From Pelomyxa schiedti (taxonomy: Eukaryota > Protista > Evosea): DNA of 64,000 nucleotides. Made by a program: the position numbers and the translations under genes. Within the stretch, counting starts at the first letter, position 1; each line of letters begins with the position of its first letter. The DNA lies in the NCBI GenBank assembly GCA_020536535.1, contig JAHLWZ010000518.1, positions 1 to 64,000 of the forward strand. Reading direction: 5' to 3'. The notes under the pieces are model-generated. The model was not told the DNA's origin and searched no databases. It saw nothing but the letters and a program-made list of their open reading frames with translations. Of this stretch, positions 35,201-48,354 are shown piece after piece.

Positions 35201-35959
35201 GGGCTTATTTGGCCTCATCTCTGTGTACTTGCCGAAAAAGTTCTTGCTTCCACGCACCATACGTATTGACTAAGATGACTAGGTCATTTCGTTTTGCCCC
35301 AGTTTAAACCATGAAGTCGACATGCTCGCTTTATGGTTTCTCATTCTTGGCATTGTAGCAGACGATCAATGGATTAATGATAAAAATTCTGATGCTGTTG
35401 TACGTCCCTCTCCACTACATTCCCTTCTTGTTTACTTCACCCAAGTTGCAATCTTTGCATCGGCATCTACAGTCGTGGGCCACTGGGAAACCAGTGAGCT
35501 TGCCATCTTTGTTCAAGACTTTGTCCTCTTCCAGTAAACCTTCAACAGCATTCACCACCAATCCCCGCATCCAGGTAAAAAAAACACAAGTACTTCAGTC
35601 ACTACTAACATTGCCTAGCTTGCTGCCCGCTCTTGTAGAGTATATCTGGCAAGGATTTACACTCACAAAACAAAAGATGACCCAAAGTATACACCAGAGG
35701 TAACAACCCCTACCACCCATTTTCAATACCCACTGATACATTCTACCAACAGTCCGGAGCTCTTGAGCGAGCTGCGGCCGAGCTGGAGTCACTACGCAAT
35801 CAACTTCTTGCCCTTCGTGATGACCCTTCATACCGCGACCTTAGACCCTTCTTTGATGACATGGAAAACATATGTTCACCATTGTGCACCATGTTTGACT
35901 TCAAGTCCTCTGTAGCAAAGCATCTTTGTCCCACAGCACCTTATCTGGCCCACCTATAA
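26217..35959 (+). CDS. EPG5: EPG5-like autophagosome-lysosome tether (very large, many exons)
   Basis: Spliced 'MWTVTTEHRTASGVCGCGHTVSHTYHYNWTSVNETV' resembles EPG5 as I recall it ('[34 protein letters not shown]'). C-terminus 'LCPTAPYLAHL*' resembles 'LYPEVHYLDHI'. Size fits; N-terminus is Pro/Gln-rich. Not every exon was resolved. Confidence 0.72.
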
Positions 35960-36104
35960 CCCCGCCTCCTGTTATAGAGACAAGTAGTGTTGTAGAAGCA
36001 AAATAAAAGCCAAAAAATACTGAAAAAGCATTTCTTTTTCTTTACGTGGCTGCTTGTTCTTCCTTGGGGTGTATTAGGTGTGATGAGCATAACATAAGTA
36101 AAAT

Positions 36105-37366
36105 TCAATCAACAGAAGCAAGTGGTGCCAAGAAGATTTCTATGCCGCCTATGTCGTCTCCCAAATCTCTTCCCACAGGTGAATATGAAAAACGGTACTG
36201 GTGAAGAAACACACAGGGAAATAGACAGAGGTGCATCGTCACCAAGTTGGATAAGGCATTCTTTCACTTCAGCAACCTTGCAGAAATTCAGTTACAAGGA
36301 TAAAGACTTCACAACCCAAACTGATATAATTTTGCCAACAGTGGACAGAGATGGGAGCTTGAAATCTCTGGAAACTGGCTTCTTGCAGAGAACATGCACT
36401 TGTCCCCGTGGCTGTGCCAAATAAGTATGTCATTCCCAGAACTGTGGATTTACCTCATCATTTAGCTCCACTTTGGCAGAGAGATTGGCATCACTTGATT
36501 CAAATACAACCGCTGCTGTTGAGAAGGATATTGTAACTTTCTCTGAGAAACCTTTCAGTGCTGAAAAAATCTAAAAAGGTTGAGCTGCATCTAGGTTGCC
36601 ATATCGAACTTCAGTGAACAAAGAGCCAGGAAGAAGAAGACCAGTGTTATGAGTCATATCCGGTACCACGATTCTATCTGCACCTATAAACAATGAAGTA
36701 CGTGCCTTTCTTATACCTTGAATAGCATTAAGCAACACGAGCCGGTAGCTTTTAGTTCTCGACTTCACACTAGAAGTGATTTTCTGATTTTAGGTTTTCA
36801 GTGGGTTGGTGTCTCTCGAATTTGAAGCCACTACCACAACAATGACATCCTGCTGTATGACAAGGGTGACTGCATCCTCAATTTTAACATGTTGTAAACA
36901 CTTTGATAGCATTTCCAGCTTCAAGGCAATTGAAACAGGTTTGGAAGAAGTACTGGAACGTTTAATAAGTTGTAAAGGACCTTCCTAACCATATCAAATT
37001 GATGAAGGAGCTTCGGGGAGCTAGGTGCCACTGTAGAAGAAAGGTCATAGAACCTTTACGAATAAGTCATCTAAACGCAACGAGGGTAGTACCATCGGTG
37101 CTCGAAAAGGAAACACCTAGGGGAAAAAAAAAAGGATACAGTAAACAAAGAATGTGAGATAATGCAGACCTTCACTCGAGAAATCCATGAAAGCAACATC
37201 TACCTAACAGACGGTTTTGTACCACACAACGGCGAAAAAACGTACAAAAGCAGACAAAGAAGTGATCAAACGTGCAAATCTCACAGGCTGCCGCACTCTG
37301 CACTTGGCTCAACAACAAAGGCAAAGAGGACTACCTTCCCGCATACACCAGCTGTACATCCCCCAT
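36105..37366 (-). CDS. Highly divergent PCNA-family sliding clamp (multi-exon, mostly missed by the ORF track)
   Basis: Spliced 'YAGRVRQPVRFARLITSLSAFVDVAFMDFSSEGVSF...PVSIALKLEMLSKCL...LPGSLFTEIFSALKGFSEKVTISFSTAAVVFES...KPVSRDFKLPSL...QLGDDAPLSI...IFLAP' is colinear with PCNA along its whole length. Confidence 0.75.
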
Positions 37367-37533
37367 GCTGTTTAGTTATCGTTCTCCCAGATCTAAGATA
37401 CTTGCAAAAAAACCGCCACACAAGGTGTCAAGCTGTCAAAGTGCCACACCACATTAAGTTTCCCTTTTGAGACAATCCCCAAAACAAGGGACCGACGAAA
37501 AAATCAAACGCAAATCAAATTGAAAAAGGGAAG

Positions 37534-39439
37534 ATGAAGGGTGCCGCTCTGTTGTTGTTAGTGCTTCTGTGTGTTGTGTCAGCATTGAAGACTCCGGCCC
37601 CACACGCAAAGGGATGGTTCCATTTCCCTCAGTATTTCAACAGAATGCACAAGCCCGTATGCCCGCCTTTTTTTTTTTTTTCTTTCTCACTAAGTGCCAA
37701 AAAAAAGCTGCGTGATGTGGAACCTCAATGGTTCGATCAGAAGCAAGACCACTTTGATCCTACAAATAAAGGTGATTAGAGAAGAGCAAAAGGTAAAAAA
37801 ATGAGTTACTTACTCTTTGATAGTTACGTGGAAACAGTTGTACTACGTCAATGACGAGTGGTTTGACGGCACAGGCCCTGTTTTCTTTTACTTCAATGGG
37901 GAGGGTCCACTCAGCCCAAGTGCTGTGACATCTGACTAGTAAGTTTTTTTTTTTTTTTGCATGGCCTAATCGCAATTCGCCCCTTCTTCTGTGTAGTTTC
38001 GTAACAGAACTCGCTCACCGCTATGGCGCCCTTCTTGTCAGCCACGAGCATCGTTATTACGGACAGTCATTCCCTGTCCCTGTGAGCCCTTGGTCCATGG
38101 CAGTCAAGTATTTTTTACATGCTATCAGGATCTTTCGACTGCGAATATGAAGTACTTGACTGTCGAACAGGCACTGGAAGATGCTGCCTACTTCCAGGAG
38201 TGGATGATGGATACATGGAATCTTACTACCAACCCTTGGGTTATAACTGGTGGCAGTTATTCTGGGTTCTTGGCCACAGCGTATGTTCTTCGTCGATGGG
38301 GTAATCGTTCTCATAGTGTTTAGTTACCGCGTTCGGTATCCCCACCTTGTTATGGCAGCATATTCTTCCTCTGGGGTTGTTCTCCCAATTGTCGATTACT
38401 ACCAGTACTTCGAGGTTGTTGACCAAGACTTCTCTTGGTATCCCAATTGCTACACGGCAATGCTCAACATAAGTGCCGAAATATCCGCAGTAAGCGTGCA
38501 AATACACTCACTAGCGGTTGTAACATTCAACAGATTTGGAATAGCGGTCCCTCTGGCCTTGCCACCCTTACGGACATGTTTGCCCTTTGTGAACCACTTG
38601 TTCCAGCTGATGAAGTTGACTTCTGGGAAACAATCATTGTAAAGCTCCTACTCCTTTGGCGAGTTTAACCTTCTTCACAGTCTCCATCGGCCGGTGGTGC
38701 TCAGTACGGTTATACTAAAGACGTTTGTGCTGTGGTCCTTGGTGCACCAACCCCACTTCAGGGCTGGGCCTTGTTCTTCAAACAAGCTGGTGCTAAGTTC
38801 GCTGGCATCGACTGGGCAACAGTATTCTTAACATTTGTATTACAATGCATTTTAATCCCAACACAGAGCTGCAATAATATTCATTGGACTGATGAGGGGT
38901 CTAACATAACCATTACTAAGCCCTACACTGGCTGGAGGACATGGGTATGGCAAACTTGCATCGAATTCGGTTGGTTCCAAACAACTACTACAAGTCAGAT
39001 GTGGCCCCACGTGGTAAGTTTAATAGTTTTCAAGTTTTCCACAATTAATTTTATTTAAAAAGATCGATTTGCAGTACAACTTGGATGGATGCGACGTTCT
39101 GTTCGGCCCAGGATTCTACCCAGATACTGAGCAAATTATTACTGACTATGGCGGCTTACATCCTGAAAGCGACCAAATTGTCTCATGTGCCGGCCTTGCC
39201 GACCCATGGCACCCTGCTTGCCAGCTTTCCACTTACAAGGTACTCCGAGTCATTCAACAAGTATAGAACAAGCTAACAAATTTCCGCAGGACACCGAACC
39301 AGTCTATTTCATCCAAGGACACGATGCATCCCACTGCAAAGACATGGATGCACCCTCTGACAAGGACTCACCTGAAATGACTGAAGCTCGTGCTGGAGTT
39401 CAGTACTGGCTCGACACTTGGCTCAACTACAAAGCCTAA
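37534..39439 (+). CDS. Secreted/lysosomal serine carboxypeptidase, family S28
   Basis: Signal peptide, 'WFDQKQDHFDP', 'GEGP', 'EHRYYGQS', nucleophile 'GGSYSG', 'WQTCIEFGWFQT', 'DPWH', 'HCKDM'. Confidence 0.93.
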
Positions 39440-39621
39440 GCAAACAACCCAACCAACACAAGCACTTCTTCCCGTTTCGATAAAGTTTTTTATTTTTACA
39501 GATGTTCTGTTGAGAATTGAATTAGTGTAATCACCAAAAACAACAACGCTCGAACAAAAAGCGAACGAGATTGCACTTTATTTTCCAGTACGGGCAAAAA
39601 TAAATAAAAAAAAAAAAAGAA

Positions 39622-42518
39622 ATGAGCAGCGAGGCAGCTACCAACACCAAGAAGAAAAAGACCGTCAGCAAGTCCAAGGTCACTACGTCCTTAACACAGT
39701 CAGATCCATGCATGGCGTCTGCAATCTGCGCCACGCCGACGACTGCGGCGACACCGGCGATCTCTAATTCGTGTGGCGGCAGTGGTTCCTTCGCGAATAT
39801 CGCTACGAGTGCTGTTGGCGCTCTTTCATCTGCGATGCATGGCGCTGCTGCTACAACGACTACTACAACCGCGACTACGACTATTGCGGGTAATGGTGCT
39901 GTTGTTGGGAGTGGCGTGGGAGAAAGGAAAGAAGGAGTTGTGGACTTGGCCACTCTCAAGAGCTTCGTGGGCTCCTTTCCGTCCCCCCGTCGTTCTGCTG
40001 CAGTCTCTTTGGTTACCAACGCCTTTGGGCTTATTAGTGTGCTTCCTACAATACAATTTCTAAATTTTTTTCATATTTATCGCTTATGGGTGAACAGTTG
40101 GTGTGGTGCTTTATTTGAATTACTTGTTACTCCAGCCTTTCATAGAGCCTTTAATGTGGGCTGTTATTCTAAGTATTCCTCTCCATGCTGTGAAGGTAAT
40201 TTTCGCTATTCCTGTTTTATGCATGTAACGTTGCCTACAAGACACAACTTCAAGCCAAGTTGGCAGCACTTCCAGATGATTCTGGGATAAACACCTTAGT
40301 TTCCAATATGGCCACGGCACCGTATTGGTTTATTTTTGGACCAGTGCACGATATTATTCACGCCTTATTGAGGTGTTATAGAGCTATTCCGTTCGTCTTA
40401 AATGCCTTCAAGAATCCTTCTGTGAAAGTAATGTCCCAGCCACAAAATCAAGTGCCTTGTTTTACAATACTAGGGAGCTATCAATAGAGGGTTGTTCTGG
40501 AGAATATATTCTGTTTGGAAACAAATCATGGAATTCATTTCTCCGGAGGATTCTGCTACTTATTTCCGTTACTTGTTCTGGAGTTTTAGATTGTACCTTG
40601 CAATATCGGTAATGGAAATGCTGGGCATGCAGGTTGTTATGGTGATCGCGGGCATTGTGGTGGTGTTTGCATTCATGAAGGGCTTTACTGCCTTGTGCCT
40701 ATCCATGATAAAATTAGTTTTCAGAAAAGTCAACCGCTTATTGAAGGGTATCCCCGCGGCAGTTCTCGGAGGGTATTCGTATTCCAATCCTATATTCTCT
40801 AAAATGAAATACAGACTTCTATGGGCAGTAACATACTTCCCAAGGAAGATTGGAGGCCGCACTGTCCACTTCCTTAAAGAGAACACAGCTATGGTTTCCT
40901 CCTGGGCCATCATCCTCGTTTTCTTCCTTGGGGCCTTTGTTGCATCTTTCTTCTGTTTGTATCAGGTAACCTGTAGATTTTTTCCCCCATGAAGCCAACA
41001 ACGTGTGAAGATTGGATCTGAGACATCAACACTCGTCTCCACTTCAGTGCAACTCATTGAAAAGACTCTGCCCAAGGAAGTAGGTGAACAATTCTCTTCT
41101 TTAGTCCAGTCTGGACTTGAACAGGGCGTACAAATGGGCAGGGGCTGGGTTGATCAGCAAGTACTTTCTCATTTTCTATACCTTACACTTACAAGTAATA
41201 GATTTCTGCTGTATACCCTGAGGCCAACTCAACTTACTTAATGGATACTGTGTCCGAATACACGACTGGTATTTATCACAGATTTATGTCTAACTCCACG
41301 ATGGCAAACGAAACGAAACTGTTTGACCTTCCACCTAAGACTGCTGAAATTGTTGACTTGCTGTCGAACTCAAGGTTTAGATTTTCCCACCTTCCCCAAG
41401 TCTTAGTCATGCAGCGTTCGAGAAGCTGTCAAAGCTGTTCCCGCTGTTTTCTATGAGTTGAAGGGCTTAGCAAAGGATCACGTTGAGAAACTCAGTGCAC
41501 TGAGGGACACATTCCTTGGGGAAACAGTAATTCAGTTATCACCAACCTTGCTCTTTTTAATTGTATTAAATAGGATGTTATGGAATATGCTCAGACCTTC
41601 GGTGCTGCAGCACTAAGCAGTGGAACTGCTGCCATTGGGACTGCTTTCTCAGTGGTTCAATCTGTAAGTTCCAGTCTTATGGCTGGTATGTAGGAAACTG
41701 GGAATTCCGTCTGTAATCTTCACTCAGGATTTGAGACGCTTATGCAATTCTTCCTTTTCTTTACTGCCCTTTTTGAGCTTTTACAAGCTGACAGGACTTG
41801 CTTATCTGTTTTCTCCATTTTCGGGTCCCAGGTATGGGCCTCCCAATCTTATCGTTTCTCACCTGGAGAAGGACCTTGTGGACTCGATGGAAGAAGTAAT
41901 GAGTGCAGTTTTTATTTCTACCTCCAAGCTATTTGTCTTCCATTCAATATTTTCTTGGCTGCTTTTTGGTGCCATGGGTGTTCATCTTCACTACATTTTG
42001 GCACTACTTTCGGGGCTCTTTGCCGTACTTCCCTTATTCGACCCGTTATACATTTGTTTCATAGGAGCCTTGCAGCTTTTCCTCCAAGTAATTCTTAAAC
42101 AACAAAAACAATCTGTAACAAGATGCAGGGAAAGCGGATAATGGCTGTTCTGCTTGTGGTTATTCACTATTATGTCTCTGGTGGAGTTGATGGCTTGATT
42201 GTGGACGAAATTCCCGGCACACACTCCATGCTTGTTGGCATTAGCATGGTTATGGGATTTGAAGCTTTCGGCAGCAGAGGCGTTTTTGTCGGACCCCTTA
42301 TCTTCAGTAACAACCCCTGCCCTCATGTATTTCTCTAACTCAGTTTAGGCCTCCCAGTCATAGCCTATAACTATTTGCAGCGGCAAACAAAGAAGAAGAA
42401 GAGCAAAGATAAGGACAAGAAGAAAGAGGATGACCACAAGGAAGAGCCAAAGGAGGAGGCCAAGGAAGAAAACGAGGCCCCTAAGCAAGAACAAGAGGAG
42501 AGCAAGAAGGACAAATAA
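39622..42518 (+). CDS. TMEM245-like (AI-2E-related) multi-pass membrane protein
   Basis: Many TM segments; C-terminal 'LSGLFAVLPLF', 'IVDEIPGTHSMLVGISMVMGFEAFGSRGVFVGPLI', and an acidic/Lys-rich tail. Confidence 0.7.
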
Positions 42519-42719
42519 AAGCAAAATCAAGGAAAATACAAAATTTCGGCTTCCCAAAAAGGCACCCAAGTTACAGTTAGAACAGTTGCATGTCGGCTTA
42601 TTTTTTTTCCCACTTTCTTTGCTTTCAATCCCCTGCGCCCTCGTTGCTGCCTTTTTTTTTTCCCTTCGGTGTCTGTCAACACTTTAACCACTATTTCTGA
42701 TTTATTTTATTTCCACGAC

Positions 42720-45700
42720 ATGGCAACAGAATCAACAACATCAAACACAGTCACAGGAGCAAAAACACAAGCAGAAACACAAACACCCACACAACCACAA
42801 TCAACATCCACTATGGATCTAGATTCACGCTACGACTCACGTAACAGCAAAAACGACGCACCAGACGACATCGACAAAACCCGCGACGCCAACGACGCCA
42901 GCAAAAACAACACCACCACCACCACGACACCTTTACCTGTACCGGCACCAACATCGTCCCTGCCTTCCTCCGCCCCTCTCCCTGCGCCGCCGACGTCGTC
43001 GACAACAACGGCAACGGCGGCGTCTTCGTCGGCTTCGCGGCTCCCTACTCACGGCGCATTTTTGTCCGGGGGTGTGTTTGGGCGCGGCGTGAGCAGGTCG
43101 GCGATGCGCAAAAAGGTGTCAACAACGTCGACGCCTCCAATACCGTCGCCGCCGAGCACTCCTGGAACGCCGACTGCCACTAGTACAACAAGCTGTGGTG
43201 GTTCAAGCTCCAATGCTGCCCCGTCTGCAACACAAGGCACTGATGTGGGGAAGAGTGGCGCTAGTACGGTTAATTCAACACTCACAATTGCGCATTCTGC
43301 ACTGGCTGTTGACACAACCAATTCATCATCCGTGTCGTCATGCTGTGTTAATTTGGGAGATGTTGTTCAACAAGGGACACAAAACGGTGGACTCTCCACC
43401 ACACCACTAATGCCAAATGATCAAATACACACTGAACAAAACCCAAAGGACACAGAAACACTCACACCAATACCGACAAACACTGCAAATAGGCCCACTT
43501 TGCCAAGCAGTATCACACCCAAAGTCACTCAAAAGCAAAAGCAAAAGCACCACCACAGGTCGCGTTCGTCATCACCGCCGCACGGGGCCAAAGGGGAAGA
43601 GACACCAAAACACTCACATTCCCGTCATTCGAGGAAGAGAAAGCAATCCAGATCCAAGCACCACAGGCGTGATGTATCAACTAGCTCTTCATCGTCTTCA
43701 AGCAGCTCGAGCACATACAGTAGTAGTAGCACTGACAGTGCCCATAAAAGAAGGAAACAACGGCACAGCACAAAGGACGGCAAAGAGAGTAGTAAGAAAA
43801 ATCGAAAGGAAAAGAGGTACAGTAGTAGCAGCACTAGCAGTGACAGTAGCTCATCTTGTAGCAGCTATAGCAGTTCCAGTTCTAGCAGCAGTGACGATAG
43901 TAAGGATCACCACAGGAAAAGAAGAGGCAGAAGAAAGGGGGAGTTGGTCTTGTCCTCTAAACAGAGGGCAAGTGAGAGGCAGCGACACAAGTCACATGAT
44001 AAGGACACACACAAGGCTGAATCATCCAAAGATAAAAAAAATGTGAAGACCAAAGAACACCGATCAAAATACAAACACTCTGGTGTGGAGGATAATGACT
44101 CTGACTCCAAAAGAAATTTTGATGCTGATTGGCAACCTAGCTCCCAAGTAAGAAGGCGGATAGAAGAAAGGCTCCAAGAAAAATTATCGAAGTCGAAAGT
44201 AGCAAAGCAAGCAGACACAGAAGAACGAGAAATGGGTAAGGACGAGGCCAGAAGCAAGGAAAAAGAAAGGCTAGAAGCAGAAAAACAGGAGCATGAAGAA
44301 GTGGAAAAACAAATACAAGAAAAGGAAAGGAAGAAAAATGAATTGGCTCTCAAGGCGGAACGAACAAGACAAGCGAAAGAAGAAAAAGAGAGAGAGAGAA
44401 GAGAAAAGGTGAGACAGAGAAGATTGCAGAAAATAGAGATGAATCAAGACATAGTCTCCCAATTGCCTCAAGGTATGAAAAAGCTCATACTGAATAAAAC
44501 CAATTGTTTCCTTGTGCAGCTACAAACACTGAAGCAATTGAAGAAAGCACTACGTGCAACTCCTCCAGTACATGTGCACGGATACAAGAACCCCCAACTC
44601 CTCCCACACCACCTGAGGAGCCACTTGATGGTGATCAGGTGACTACCACTTGTGACAGTGCAGAAGAATCAGTGGAGGTGGGAAGAAAAGACCCAAAGTA
44701 TTCTCTCTAACAATTTTCTCAGTTCAATAACGCTAAACCAGAGCTCCCCCTGCCAAGCGTAGAAAAACAGCACCCCTCCGTCACAGAAAATTGAACTCGA
44801 ACTTGGCTGGGTATAGTCTGGACAAAGTAATCCCCAGTGAATGGAACTTAACAGAGACAATTAATAATTTTAAAGAAAACTGAGAAAGTCATTGGGTTGG
44901 ACCTGCAGCAAGAAGGTTCTCCTGCTCAAAACGAAGATTCAGATAGCAACTTCAGTGATACTAAAAAGAAAATCGGTACCAGGCCCTATCGGTCGCATTC
45001 CCGAAAAGTCCCACTTACTCCTCCTTTGACATCATCGACATCAACGTCACCGTCTCCAGCAACTATAATTCAAACACCAGTACCCTCTGAAGAGCGCGTC
45101 GAACTGTCCTCAAATGAAGTTACACTTGACTCTGTTTCTAGTAATGCACCAGTGAAAAGCCGCGAAGATACCGCTACTGTAAAGCACGGATATGACCACC
45201 TTAGAGTTACCAAAAAAGACCAAAAGAATGAACGAGAAACCAAGACTCGAAAAAGCACCAAGAAGCCGTCCAGAATCACCATGAGGATAACAAGACAAAG
45301 TTTAAGGAAGGACAAGAGCTCATCAAAAAGCGTTAAACAAAATGCAGCTTCAAAGCATGTAACCCTGCCATCCTCCTCTGTTGTGGTTTTTTTTATTTCA
45401 CCCTAATTTGCCTTTTTGTTAATTCACAAATCGAACAGAAACACAAAAAGAATAATGATTTGGGAGTTGTCCCCCCATCTCCTCTTAGTGATACACCTGA
45501 TACTCAGTATCCCACAAAACCGAGTAAGGGGATCCTTAACACACCACACACAAAACCCAACAATACCGTCCCAGGTCATCTGAAAGTCAGTATCCATACT
45601 AACAGTACTGTAACTGCTGAGCCAATCGAGCCCCTTGCGGATTTTGGCTTATCCAAAGATCAATTGAGGATACATTGCCCACCAATCAAACTTATCCTCA

Positions 45701-48249
45701 AGGGTGAGCCTGATAGTAAGTCTCGGACCAGCTGTGAGACTGAGGAACCTTCTGAACGCCACAAAGTAGAAGAGACAGTGATGGAGGAAGTAGAGTGTCC
45801 TGAATTGCATTCTACCACATCCGAACACCTCAAGGTACATGGAGCGATTGGCCCGAAATCCACATCTTCATCTGCATACCACACCTCGGTGGCACATGAT
45901 ACCTCACCACCCCCAACTTCGGGTTCTCCCGAAATCCCTTTTACAAATTCACCTGAACCGCCACCTCTCGATGCATACCTCCCCGATGTTGTACACACAC
46001 CTCCATCTCCCTCTCCACCGGTCCCTTCTCCCCCAACACACGGCAGGCAACACTTGGGAAAGCACTCCCAGTCACGATCACCACGGTCCTCTCCAAAGAA
46101 ACGGAAGTCCCCACATCTTCGAGCACAAAAGTCGGAAAGCATTGCAAGTCCTCCCGAAGGAGAAACTTTGTCTCCCGAACCCCCTGTCAATAGCGATGCC
46201 TCCCCCTCCCCTGCCATGAAACATCAACCTAGTGAACCTCTACTGGACGCCTCTGTGGAAAATGTAAAGAAAGCAGTCAGTAAAGAGAAGATACCAGTAG
46301 TTCTCACTGGTGCCGATAAGAACAATGGCGATGGAGAGGGTATCCTTGACGAACCTATTGTTGATGCAGAAATAGCGGAAATCGAGAATGCGAAGCAAGA
46401 ACAACAATCTTGTATGAAAATGATAGATAAAAATGACCACCAAAATAATGCTTGTTTTCAAGGTGGACCAAACACGGGACATGTCGGCCTCAAAACTCGA
46501 GACCACAGTAACCACCGACACCACACCACAGGTGGCCGATCCTCTCGTGGTTCACGGGGTCGGGTTGTTCCCAGTTAAACACCATTGGATCCGCTAACCA
46601 TTATGTAATGCAGAAATCATCAGAAGACATATTGGTCTCAGTGGCTCTTCACAAATGCAAAGAAATTCTGCAGGAGATGATGGAACAGCCAGAGTGCATG
46701 CCTTTCAATCAGCCAGTTGATCCCGAGAAACTAAACATCCCTGACTACTTCGATTTAATCAAAGAGCCGATGGATTTCGGAACAATCATGGTTTACTGTT
46801 CTTCCTTTTAATACCTTTTATAATTTATTTTCCTTTATGGTGAAGGCACATCTCAATCGTCGAGCATTTTCTTCACCAGGAGAGTTTGCAACCCACATGC
46901 ACCTGGTGTTTTCAAATGCAATGACATACAATCCACCAGGTCATCCTATCCACACAGTTGCCCAGGCTCTAAAGACCTCATTTGCAAAACAATTCTCCGC
47001 TTTGGAAGCAGAAATAGAGAAAGGTTTACCATCTTTTCCAGTAAATCTCACCAACAAACACCTAGACCGATCTATGACCCAAACAGATTACGAGAAGGAG
47101 ATAGAACTAATGTTCAAAGCTGTCCAACAGCTGTCCGCAGAAATTTCTACCATTAAACAGACACAAAACACAGAGGAAACACATGAACCAGAGCTTGCTA
47201 ATACGGCAACAGAGAAAGAGAACCTGGAAAATCAGGACGCAGATGGTGGCAGAAACTCTGCTGCTAGGCACACTTCTAATCAAGCAAGTTCCAATGATGT
47301 GGGGTCTTCAAGCGCAATTCATTCTTCTGCTAAGAGTAACTCTACAACGGAAAGGCCAAGTTCTCGACCCTTGTCATCTGAAGAGAAGAGGCAATTGAGT
47401 CGCCAAATAAACAGGCTGTCTGGAGAAAACTTACCCCAGGTTGTCAAGATCATTCAGGATCATATCCCCAGCATGAAGTTGCAAAATACGCTTGCGGAAA
47501 TGGAAATTGATTTGGATGCGCTCGATACAGGTAATTTCCCAATGCCCTTTTATGTTCACCATAACGACTGCCGCACAGACACGCTGCGTGCATTAGAACG
47601 GCATGTCATATCTTCCAAGCCTGGCCACGCACCAGCAAGGCCTGCTTCCCGCAACGCACAGCACGCATCACCCGCAGTTGCTGCAAGAGCAAGTCCTCCC
47701 AATTACCTGAGGGCAATTTTGAACAGTGGCTCACCAGTCATGTTCTTGGTTGTACCGCCGCACCTGCAGCCCACTCAGCACCGGCCAGTGCAGCCACAAC
47801 CAAAGGTGCAACCACAGCAACACCACACACAAGCCCAACCGCAACACCGCCCTTCACAGCCACCCCATGCAGCACATAACCAGCACCCACACCCACACCC
47901 ACAGCAGCAGCAGCAACAACATCAGCACCAACACCAGCACCCCCAGCATCAACAACCCCAGCAGTCACCACACCCACACCCCCACTCACACTCACAACCA
48001 CAACACCACCATCACCAACAGACCCACAGCACTGAAACCACAGCAGGCAGTGGTGTGGCACCCAGCACTAGTGATGCTGTGACAGGCACAGGCACAGGCA
48101 CAGGATCAGGGACAGGGGGGGGAGGGGGAGGGACGGCAGACATTGTAGGAGTAAGTGGCAGTAGCAGCAGTGGTGAGGATGGGTCAAGTTCAGAGTCAAG
48201 TGATTCTGAAAGCGAACCTGACATCCCACCTCATGAGTTTAATGTTTGA
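42720..48249 (+). CDS. BET/GTE-type bromodomain + extra-terminal (ET) domain protein with a long disordered N-terminus
   Basis: Bromodomain '[29 protein letters not shown]...[11 protein letters not shown]' and ET '[16 protein letters not shown]...[10 protein letters not shown]'. Upstream exons splice in frame (e.g. introns 44473-44519 and 44698-44741). Confidence 0.82.
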
Positions 48250-48354
48250 CATTTACTTAATGGCTAGTTTCAAAACAAAACTTACGAAGCACCGGATTTG
48301 ATGTACCGCGAACCCTCGGAAACGAAGTCAAAACAAATCAAATTTCCAAGGGGG

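Noticed and set aside
42811-48224. Many long antisense or alternate-frame ORFs over low-complexity exons
   Set aside because: By-products of biased Ser/Thr/Pro/Lys/Gln codon usage in the bromodomain gene; the same applies at 7095-7928 and 12468-14489.
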